Below, piece by piece: positions 25,491 to 32,000 of a stretch of DNA of 32,000 nt. The stretch's first letter is position 1. Every line of letters begins with the position of its first letter. Source of the DNA: Nostoc sp. PCC 7120 = FACHB-418 (GTDB lineage Bacteria; Cyanobacteriota; Cyanobacteriia; Cyanobacteriales; Nostocaceae); assembly GCF_000009705.1 (NCBI RefSeq), contig NC_003272.1, positions 4,530,001 to 4,562,000 on the forward strand, written 5' to 3'. The notes under the pieces were generated by a model. That model was not told the origin of the DNA and searched no databases. It was given only the letters and a program-made list of their open reading frames with translations. Both the position numbers and the translations under genes were made by a program.

Positions 25491-26213
25491 ATGAGTGAAA
25501 TCAGCATTATTTTAATTGAAGATCATGACCTAACCAGAATGGGGCTAAGAGCTGCGTTACAGGCCAACACTGGCATCAAAGTAATTGGTGAAGCGGCTAA
25601 CGCCACTCAAGGGCTGAAACTTTTGGAAACGGCGAAGCCGGATGTAGCGGTGGTAGATATTGGCTTGCCGGACATGGATGGTATTGAACTCACTCGCAAG
25701 TTTAGGCGTTATCAAGCTGAGAGTGGGCAAACCCACACCAAGATTCTCATCCTGACAATGGATCATACCGAAGATGCGGTACTGGCGGCTTTTGCGGCTG
25801 GGGCAGATTCTTACTACATGAAAGAAACCAGCATTAGTAGGCTAACAGAAGCAATTCAAGCTACTTTTGGTGGTAACTCATGGATTGATCCAGCGATCGC
25901 TAATGTAGTATTACAGAAGATGCGCCAAGGCATCCCCGGAGAGAGCCAATCATCTGATAAGCCCAAAACCGTCAAAATTGAGGCTCTGCCTTCTGAATAC
26001 GAACAAGTATTAGAAACCTACCCCCTTACACAACGGGAATTAGAAATTCTAGAGTTGATTGTTGCTGGCTGTAGCAACGGTCAAATTGCGGAGAAACTTT
26101 ATATTACTGTTGGTACGGTTAAAACCCACGTCCGCAACATCCTAAATAAACTCTGCGCTGATGACCGTACCCAAGCGGCTGTACGTGCTTTGCGTTCTGG
26201 GTTAGTAGCTTAA
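25491..26213 (+). CDS. NarL/FixJ (LuxR-type HTH) response regulator
   Basis: REC motifs are IILIEDHD...VAVVDIGLPDMDG. A linker of about 55 aa follows. The C-terminal LuxR HTH reads LTQRELEILELIVAGCSNGQIAEKLYITVGTVKTHVRNILNKL. The ATG at 25491 (MSEISI...) is preferred over the track TTG at 25455. Confidence 0.9.
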   Translation: MSEISIILIEDHDLTRMGLRAALQANTGIKVIGEAANATQGLKLLETAKPDVAVVDIGLPDMDGIELTRKFRRYQAESGQTHTKILILTMDHTEDAVLAAFAAGADSYYMKETSISRLTEAIQATFGGNSWIDPAIANVVLQKMRQGIPGESQSSDKPKTVKIEALPSEYEQVLETYPLTQRELEILELIVAGCSNGQIAEKLYITVGTVKTHVRNILNKLCADDRTQAAVRALRSGLVA

Positions 26214-26258
26214 ACATGAAACCATAACGCACCTACCAAAATTTAACACCCATACCCT

Positions 26259-26296
26259 AACCTTGGTTTCTCCGGCAATCAAGGTTTTAGCTTTTT
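26259..26296 (+). terminator. Possible intrinsic terminator after the LuxR-type regulator
   Basis: AACCTTG (26259-26265) pairs with CAAGGTT (26280-26286) across a 14-nt loop, followed by TTAGCTTTTT. Confidence 0.45.
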
Positions 26297-26462
26297 GCGC
26301 TAATTTCCTTAACGGTTATTACGGAATGGTTGCGAGTTGCTGAATAATTACCTTATAGCCCATCCACAGGTGTTAGAAGAGCTGCCATCATGCCAAACTC
26401 CTGAGCGATAGGGTCTGCCAAGATAAGTAGTTGGTTCTGATGGTGAGAAATTTCTGAAGTGG

Positions 26463-27185
26463 GTGATTAGAGTGTCAAGCCTAAAAACGATCGCATACTC
26501 CCGCGTGATTCACTTAAGTCATATAATTGACCCAGATATTCCCCAATGGCCTGGCGACCCTCCCATTGAATTTACCACTGTTGCCCAACTCCCAGATGAT
26601 GGCTATTATCTACGGGGCTTCTCAATCGGGGAACACAGCGCCACTCATATCAATGCTCCTAATAGTTTTTATCAAGCAGGTATAGGAATTGACCAATACC
26701 CGGCTCAGTCGTTGATTGTGTCTGCGGTAGTTATAGATATCCAAGCAGCCGCAGCCGTCAACGCTGATTATAGACTCACAATTGATGATATCTTCACCTG
26801 GGAAGCAGAACACGGTGAAATTCCTATTGGTAACGTAGTGTTATTACATACTGGTTGGCAGAATAAATGGTCTGATAAACACGCTTTTCTCAACCAAGAT
26901 GCTGAAGGAATCATGCACTTTCCGGGTTTTGGTAGCGATGCAACCCAGTTTCTCTTGGATGAACGGCAAATTACAGGCGTAGGAATTGATACTCATGGTG
27001 TAGACCCTGGACAAGATGCCAGTTTTGCTACCAACCGCTTAGTATTGGCGCAACAAGGTATTGTGTTAGAAAATTTGACAAATTTGCATCAACTACCAGC
27101 AAAAGGTAGTAATCTGGCGATCGCAATCCTCAGATTACGCGGTGGCTCAGGTTCGCCAGTGGGAGTTTTGGCATTAGTGCCTTGA
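26463..27185 (+). CDS. Putative cyclase-family protein (kynurenine-formamidase-like fold)
   Basis: 240 aa with a GTG start; an in-frame alternative GTG lies at 26472. Family-typical blocks are VIHLSHIIDPDIPQWPGDPP, GEHSATHINAPNSF, LLHTGW and GVGIDTHGVDPG. Confidence 0.7.
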   Translation: MIRVSSLKTIAYSRVIHLSHIIDPDIPQWPGDPPIEFTTVAQLPDDGYYLRGFSIGEHSATHINAPNSFYQAGIGIDQYPAQSLIVSAVVIDIQAAAAVNADYRLTIDDIFTWEAEHGEIPIGNVVLLHTGWQNKWSDKHAFLNQDAEGIMHFPGFGSDATQFLLDERQITGVGIDTHGVDPGQDASFATNRLVLAQQGIVLENLTNLHQLPAKGSNLAIAILRLRGGSGSPVGVLALVP

Positions 27186-27187
27186 TA

Positions 27188-27239
27188 GGGGTGTGGGGGT
27201 GTGAGGGTGTAGGGGTGTGGGGGTGTGGGGGTGTAAGGG
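27188..27239. repeat. Tandem octamer array (GGGGTGTR)x6, starting 3 nt after the cyclase stop codon
   Basis: Reading in 8-nt units from 27188: GGGGTGTG, GGGGTGTG, AGGGTGTA, GGGGTGTG, GGGGTGTG, GGGGTGTA, then AGGG. It resembles the STRR short tandem repeats of heterocystous cyanobacteria but has an 8-nt period. Confidence 0.95.
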
Positions 27240-27360
27240 AAAAATATTTTCATGTTTGGTTGTGTAATTTGCCTGTGATTGGTTGTCTTGATGTTTCCCG
27301 TCCATTCCGCAAACTAGACGATAACCTAGAAGTCAAGCCAAACTTATTTAAAACTTATTT

Positions 27361-27520
27361 AACGCGATGTGCGACTTATTTTTGAAACCCCTCTCCAAAC
27401 CTCTCCCCGTTGGCGTTAGCCTGCCGTTAGGCAAGCAGAGAGAGGCTTTGAATCTTGCTCCCCTTCCCTTATAGGGAAGGGTTTGGGGGTTAGGTTTGAG
27501 AGAAAGTTGCACACGGCGTT
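27361..27520. mobile_element. MITE-like small dispersed repeat with imperfect terminal inverted repeats
   Basis: AACGCGATGTGCGACT (27361-27376) matches the reverse complement of AGTTGCACACGGCGTT (27505-27520) at 13 of 16 positions. Internal palindromic modules include a 9-bp perfect stem, CCCTTCCCT-tat-AGGGAAGGG (about 27461-27481), and CTCTCCAAACCT / AGGTTTGAGAGA arms. These are typical of Nostoc/Anabaena miniature repeats. No clear target-site duplication was seen. Confidence 0.4.
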
Positions 27521-27550
27521 ATTTAACTGCTTAAGGGTGTAAGAGCTTTA

Positions 27551-27594
27551 CCCCTACACCCCTACACCCCTACACCCCTATACCCCTATCCCCC
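27551..27594. repeat. Tandem octamer array (CCCCTAYA)x5, the reverse complement of the 27188 array, ending 2 nt before the ALDH start codon
   Basis: Reading in 8-nt units from 27551: CCCCTACA x3, CCCCTATA, CCCCTATC, then CCCC. The reverse complement of CCCCTACA is TGTAGGGG, a circular permutation of GGGGTGTA. Confidence 0.95.
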
Positions 27595-27596
27595 AA

Positions 27597-29093
27597 ATGA
27601 AAACTCCCCTAAACTGCCAAAATTACATCAATGGTCAATGGTTAAACGCCGCCACAGAAACCACCCTCAACAGTCACAACCCTGCGGATAAGAGCGAAAT
27701 CGTTGCTACTTTCCCCCGTTCCCAGGCTGACGATGTAGATAGAGCCGTAGCCGCCGCCCGTCAAGCCTACGGCAGTTGGCGCAAAGTCCCAGCCCCAGCC
27801 AGAGCCGAATATATCTTTCGTGTCGGTGAATTATTACTCCAGCATAAAGAAGAACTAGCCCAGTTAATTAGTCGGGAAATGGGTAAACCCTTAACTGAAG
27901 CCAGGGGCGATGTGCAGGAAGGTGTTGACTGTGCTTTTTATAGCGCTGGTGAAGGACGGCGGTTGTTTGGGCAAACCACACCATCCGAAATGCCCAACAA
28001 ATTCGCCATGACTATGCGAATGCCCATTGGAGTCTGTGCTTTAATTACTCCCTGGAACTTCCCCGTAGCCATTCCTTGCTGGAAAGCCATGCCAGCTTTG
28101 GTTTGTGGCAATACGGTGATTCTCAAACCTGCGGAAGACACCCCCGCCTGTGCGACTAAATTAATTGAGATTTTCGCCGCCGCAGGTTTACCACCGGGCG
28201 TAATTAACTTGGTGCATGGAGTTGGAGAGGAAGTAGGGAAAGCTTTAGTCGAACATCCAAATATTGATTTAGTTTCATTTACTGGTTCTTCCGCCACTGG
28301 TGCCTATGTTGGTGAGACTTGTGGACGTACCCACAAGCGCGTCTGTTTGGAAATGGGCGGGAAAAATGCTCAAGTGGTGATGGAAGATGCAGATTTAGAG
28401 CTTGCCCTTGATGGGGCATTGTGGGGAGCCTTCGGCACAACCGGACAACGTTGTACAGCTACCAGCCGCTTAATTTTACATCGTGACATCAAAGAAAAAT
28501 TTACAACCATGCTGCGTGAACGTACCAGCCAATTACGCTTGGGTGCGGGTACTGAGCCTGAGACAGATATCGGGCCGATAATTAATAACCGACAGTTGCA
28601 ACGGGTACATGAATATATGAATATTGCCCGTGAGGAAGGAGCTAAAATTTTAATCGGTGGCGAAATTGCCACCGAGGGACAATTACAACAGGGTTACTTT
28701 TTTCAACCCACGATTTTAGATAATGTCACCCCACAGATGCGCGTTGCCCGTGAAGAGATATTCGGGCCTGTAGTGGCATTGATTGAGGTTAGCACCTTTG
28801 AGGAGGCGATCGCTATCCTTAACGATACCAAATATGGTCTTTCCTCCTCAGTCTACACTCGTGACATCAATCGCGCCTTTGTTGCCATGCGCGACATCGA
28901 AGCCGGTATCACCTACATCAACGGCCCCACCATTGGCGCAGAAGTACACTTACCTTTTGGTGGTGTCAAACAAACCGGTAACGGACACCGGGAAGCCGGC
29001 ACCACCGCTTTAGATGTGTTTACAGAATGGAAAAGCGTTTATGTAGATTTTTCCGGCAGTTTACAACGCGCGCAAATTGATAACAGGAGTTAG
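27597..29093 (+). CDS. NAD(P)-dependent aldehyde dehydrogenase family protein
   Basis: 498 aa. ALDH hallmarks are present: FTGSSATG, LEMGGKNA (catalytic Glu), GQRCTATSR (catalytic Cys) and EEIFGPV. Confidence 0.9.
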   Translation: MKTPLNCQNYINGQWLNAATETTLNSHNPADKSEIVATFPRSQADDVDRAVAAARQAYGSWRKVPAPARAEYIFRVGELLLQHKEELAQLISREMGKPLTEARGDVQEGVDCAFYSAGEGRRLFGQTTPSEMPNKFAMTMRMPIGVCALITPWNFPVAIPCWKAMPALVCGNTVILKPAEDTPACATKLIEIFAAAGLPPGVINLVHGVGEEVGKALVEHPNIDLVSFTGSSATGAYVGETCGRTHKRVCLEMGGKNAQVVMEDADLELALDGALWGAFGTTGQRCTATSRLILHRDIKEKFTTMLRERTSQLRLGAGTEPETDIGPIINNRQLQRVHEYMNIAREEGAKILIGGEIATEGQLQQGYFFQPTILDNVTPQMRVAREEIFGPVVALIEVSTFEEAIAILNDTKYGLSSSVYTRDINRAFVAMRDIEAGITYINGPTIGAEVHLPFGGVKQTGNGHREAGTTALDVFTEWKSVYVDFSGSLQRAQIDNRS

Positions 29094-29114
29094 GGGACTG
29101 GAGGAAGAATTAAA

Positions 29115-30050
29115 CTAAGAACGTCTGATAAAGCGTCCAATCGCGGATGCACACCGTAACTCAATTTTTTTCGTCAAGTATGACCGTCTTGGATAAAGTT
29201 GAATTGGTGATTGTGTATGTTGCCAATAGGCTTTATCAGTCAAGCTTGGAGGAACGCCACCCAAAGCTTTTAAAAGCAATTTTTTGCGCCACGGCTTGAT
29301 TGCTGCCCCTGATGCGTGGGACATCAGATAAGTACTAGCATTGCCAAAATCCATACCCAATCGGCTAACAGTACTCAGGGGTTCATGAGACAATGTTACT
29401 GCTAAATTCAAAACACATTGATCAGTTAAAAAATAAGGATATTGCTCCGAATAAAGATGAAAATTATGGAGGTCAAAATATCCCGCAGATTCAAAAGTTT
29501 CTAGTAAATTTTTCCACAATACTAGTATGTCTTTTTGATTCTGTTTTACTCCAATGAAACCTGCATTGTAATATCTATCTAGTTCCCGAAGAGAAGGATA
29601 ACCGTGACGCTCTGCCAGTTCCTTCCAAGCGATGCGATTAGGATCATTGGCAGGCATATAATCATAGGCATCTTCACATAAAGCAATGCCTCGACCAACC
29701 CACTCTTCGTAAAAAGCCCAGCGTCTTTTGTTGACAATATCAGGGTCAAAATAAAATATTGCTTCAATTTCTGGGCAGTAATTTTCCCAGAGTTGCAGCA
29801 TAAAATCTGGTTTATAGTTTGTAAAACACTTGTAAGTATCTAACTTAATAAAGCGAATTACACAATCCGGAGAAACAGTAAATTCCTGATAGTTTTCAGC
29901 GTTTTTAACAGATTCAGTCCAAGGTGGTAAATTACCCCGATATCCTGCCCAAATTACACCACGAAAACCGTGGTTATAGAGAGAATTTACCAGGTTTCCC
30001 ACACCGTAGTGGTAATCACCTTCAAATAAAGTACAAATAGCTGTGAGCAT
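29115..30050 (-). CDS. Hypothetical protein; weak resemblance to GT8-like nucleotide-diphospho-sugar transferases
   Basis: 311-aa uninterrupted ORF. The N-terminus AICTLFEGDYHYGVGNLVNSL and a DxD-like FDPD are reminiscent of the GT-A/GT8 layout. This is a by-eye impression only. Confidence 0.5.
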   Translation of the reverse strand: MLTAICTLFEGDYHYGVGNLVNSLYNHGFRGVIWAGYRGNLPPWTESVKNAENYQEFTVSPDCVIRFIKLDTYKCFTNYKPDFMLQLWENYCPEIEAIFYFDPDIVNKRRWAFYEEWVGRGIALCEDAYDYMPANDPNRIAWKELAERHGYPSLRELDRYYNAGFIGVKQNQKDILVLWKNLLETFESAGYFDLHNFHLYSEQYPYFLTDQCVLNLAVTLSHEPLSTVSRLGMDFGNASTYLMSHASGAAIKPWRKKLLLKALGGVPPSLTDKAYWQHTQSPIQLYPRRSYLTKKIELRCASAIGRFIRRS

Positions 30051-30489
30051 GATGGGTTTAAAGGTATATGAACTTTATGATGAAGGAAAATATTCTCAGT
30101 ATGTGATCTTGATGTGCTAGTCACACACTTTCTTAGTCAGATTTTAGATATAAGAGATAATGCTTTTAAAATACTCGGTAGACTGCGATAACAAAAGTTT
30201 CAAGCTGGTTGATGTCCGTTAAAGATAACTTAGCAATTATTCGTTAAGTTGCCATTTTGGCAGATTTCTAAATAACAATTTTATCCGTATTTATTATTTA
30301 CAATGTAGTTAATTCATTTAGTAAGAATATACACACAGATAACGGATAATTTAAACACCCGTGCAACTTAAAAAAACGGTAATAACTAATAAGTATATTG
30401 TCTCTAAATTGTTTTTGATATGGTTTAACACCCTATTCCATTGCAGATAAAATTTTATAATGTATTTTACCAATTACCCATTACCCATT

Positions 30490-30512
30490 ACTTATTCTCA
30501 CAGAGAATAAGT
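30490..30512. other. Perfect 10-bp hairpin abutting the stop codon of the TPR/kinase gene, next to a 3-unit heptamer repeat
   Basis: ACTTATTCTC (30490-30499) pairs with GAGAATAAGT (30503-30512) across a 3-nt loop. Immediately adjacent are ATTACCC ATTACCC ATTACTT (30473-30493). No U-run follows on the minus strand, so terminator function is uncertain. Confidence 0.4.
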
Positions 30513-32000
30513 TAATTGTCTTGCGGGGGATTAGTAAATTCTGGAGTAGGCATGACTGGGATAACTACAGGTTTTGGTGTTGCGGCTTGGAGTTGACGCT
30601 GGGCTTCGTCACGGGCGTTAATTGCTTGGCTATAATCTGGTTTATGTTTAATGGCTTGCTCGTAGGATGCGATCGCTTCCTTATATTGTTTTAAACTAAA
30701 TAAGGCATTTCCCCGACTATACCAACTTTCAATATGTTTTGGCCGGTAACGCACCGCTTTGTTATAAGATGCGATCGCCTCTTGATATTGCTGTAAAATG
30801 TATTGGGAGTTACCTAAACTATACCAAATCTCATAATTACTAGGCTTAATTGTTGCCGCTTTCTTATAAGATTCTATTGCCTCTGCATAGCGTTGATTTT
30901 GATGCTGTGACCAACCTCTGCCATACCATGCTTGATAATTATTAGGATTAAATTTTATGACTTGATTAAAAGATTCAAGGGCTTCGGGATAACGGCGTAA
31001 AATAATTAATACGTTACCTCTTGATAACCAAGCTATAGCATAATCTGTTTTATATTGTACTGCCTTATCATAAGCCTTAAAAGCATCTTCGTAACGGTTT
31101 AAATTAACTAATGAATTTCCTAAATTATACCAAGCTCTCTCATAATCTGATTTAATTTCAATGGCTTTATTATAGGCGTTTATGGCTTCATTATATTCTT
31201 TCATGCTTTGCAAAGCCAATCCCTTGTTATAAAAACTCTCATAAGCATCTGAGTTAAATTCAATGGCTTTATCATAAGATTTAATTGCTTGATCATACTG
31301 TTTTAAATTACTAAAAGCTTCCCCTCTAGCATTCCAGACTTCTGGATAATTTTCATTGAGTTGTAAAGCCTTATCAAAAGAGGCGATCGCTTCTGAATAA
31401 CGCTGTAAATTTTGCAAACTAAAACCCCTGCCACTCCAAGCTTCTACATAATCTGGTTGGATTTGAATCGCCTTATCATAAGCTGTCAATGCGTCTTGAT
31501 ATTGTTTGAGCCGAAATAAAGTTTTACCTTTGCCCTGCCAAGCAGGAGCATAATCTGGTCTGATATCAACCGCTTGTTCATAAGCAGATAACGCGTCTTT
31601 ATATCGTTGTAGTTCAAAAAAAGTATTACCTTTTTTCGCTAGGTCTGTAGCATTATTACTATTAATACTATTGACAACAAATACTGAAGCTATACCAGTT
31701 GCACTAGTTAATAAAATTGCTAATAATAGTTTGATGAATATACTTTTTTTAGTGTGATTAAATCTAAATTTGGCAGGTGGTAAAGTGGGAGTTATGGCGA
31801 TCGTATTAGAAGCAGGTTGTGTTAATTCTGTGAGTGCTTGTAATGCAGTCGTCGCCGCCGCATAGCGTTGGCGGAAATCATAACACACCATTTTGTCTAT
31901 AAATCTGGCAAACTCTGACGAGACTTGAGCATGATTTTGCCAGATAATTTCATGAGTATCGGCATCATGTTCTAGTTGATGGGGTAATAATCCCGTGAGT
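30512..32000 (-). CDS. Ser/Thr protein kinase (C-terminal lobe only in the window) - TM - about 10 TPR repeats; 5' end outside the window
   Basis: The reading frame stays open upstream of the listed Met. The reverse complement of 31892-32000 translates to LTGLLPHQLEHDADTHEIIWQNHAQVSSEFARFIDKMVCYDFRQRY, typical of Hanks-kinase subdomains X-XI. A TM segment follows (IFIKLLLAILLTSATGIASVFVV), then repeated 34-aa TPR units (AxxxYxKAIxxxPDYxxAW...). Confidence 0.8.
   Translation of the reverse strand, partial: LTGLLPHQLEHDADTHEIIWQNHAQVSSEFARFIDKMVCYDFRQRYAAATTALQALTELTQPASNTIAITPTLPPAKFRFNHTKKSIFIKLLLAILLTSATGIASVFVVNSINSNNATDLAKKGNTFFELQRYKDALSAYEQAVDIRPDYAPAWQGKGKTLFRLKQYQDALTAYDKAIQIQPDYVEAWSGRGFSLQNLQRYSEAIASFDKALQLNENYPEVWNARGEAFSNLKQYDQAIKSYDKAIEFNSDAYESFYNKGLALQSMKEYNEAINAYNKAIEIKSDYERAWYNLGNSLVNLNRYEDAFKAYDKAVQYKTDYAIAWLSRGNVLIILRRYPEALESFNQVIKFNPNNYQAWYGRGWSQHQNQRYAEAIESYKKAATIKPSNYEIWYSLGNSQYILQQYQEAIASYNKAVRYRPKHIESWYSRGNALFSLKQYKEAIASYEQAIKHKPDYSQAINARDEAQRQLQAATPKPVVIPVMPTPEFTNPPQDN

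Noticed and set aside
25001-25507. Two minus-strand ORFs (25001-25210 and 25289-25507) in the divergent promoter region between the PAS kinase and the LuxR-type regulator.
   Set aside because: The region is AT-rich, and the translations are Ile/Lys/Phe/Tyr-rich, as expected from non-coding AT-rich DNA. One overlaps the kinase 5' end and the other overlaps the regulator start.
27182-27385. 67-aa ORF MIGVWGCEGVGVWGCGGV... starting at the cyclase stop.
   Set aside because: Its N-terminal third is simply the translation of the GGGGTGTR octamer array, and the rest is spacer. It is an artefact of the repeat.
2431-29767. Short ORFs (61-140 aa) nested within, or antisense to, much longer well-supported genes. 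They are 2431-2622, 2889-3137, 2915-3103, 5105-5344, 5995-6180, 6740-7003, 8823-9029, 13844-14062, 13875-14297, 14298-14510, 14393-14581, 15383-15589, 20780-20968, 21685-21978, 25557-25766, 26622-26813, 27938-28297, 28370-28672, 28783-29013 and 29579-29767.
   Set aside because: Each lies entirely inside a long ORF with clear family motifs. Their translations are low-complexity or Cys/Arg/Ser-rich with no recognisable motifs. They are best explained as chance open frames.
1-32000. I looked for CRISPR arrays, tRNA/rRNA genes, transposases or integrases, toxin-antitoxin pairs, restriction-modification genes and known defence-system genes.
   Set aside because: No spaced direct-repeat arrays, no tRNA-like T-arm motifs (GGTTCGAATCC-type) and no nuclease, helicase, methylase or recombinase motifs were seen in any long ORF. 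Absence is judged by eye only. A tRNAscan, Infernal or defence-finder run would be needed to be certain.

Overview
The window looks like chromosomal DNA from a filamentous, Nostocales-type cyanobacterium. By eye it carries at least two dozen copies of the HIP1 palindrome GCGATCGC (e.g. 2841-2848, 3399-3406, 17263-17270, 31383-31390), STRR-like short tandem repeats, a MITE-like element and AT-rich intergenic regions. I saw no rRNA, tRNA, CRISPR array, transposase, phage gene or recognisable defence gene.

Gene content, left to right:
- 1-354: partial DUF2808-like ORF.
- 462-1253: SDR oxidoreductase.
- 1940-9916: co-directional four-gene envelope cluster. It encodes a predicted outer-membrane beta-barrel, two proteins carrying three copies of one uncharacterised DUF3131-like domain, and a CesA/BcsA-like processive GT2 synthase without a PilZ domain.
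- 10251-17060: RsbK/RsbY/RsbV/RsbW-type partner-switching module. It comprises a STAS protein, a REC-PP2C phosphatase, an RsbW-like kinase and a 1550-aa GAF-CHASE3-PAS-GAF-GAF hybrid kinase ending in Hpt. No sigma factor is present.
- 17061-17800: 740-bp gap containing two minus-strand intrinsic terminators.
- 17801-19567: orphan family-5 (peptide/nickel-type) substrate-binding lipoprotein.
- 19719-19895: unannotated 58-codon ORF with a double-glycine leader and an Arg/Asp-rich CxxCxxC core.
- 20134-25050: four-gene minus-strand phosphorelay cluster.
- 25491-26213: divergent LuxR-type response regulator.
- 26463-27185 and 27597-29093: cyclase-family protein and aldehyde dehydrogenase. They are separated by an intergenic region bracketed exactly by inverted octamer-repeat arrays.
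- 29115-30050: unknown GT-like protein.
- 30512-32000: 3' part of a Ser/Thr-kinase/TPR gene.

The best candidates for something undescribed are the OMP-DUF3131x3-GT2 cluster, the double-glycine peptide, the hidden minus-strand transcripts, and the inverted octamer arrays.

All family assignments come from motif recognition by eye. No searches were run.
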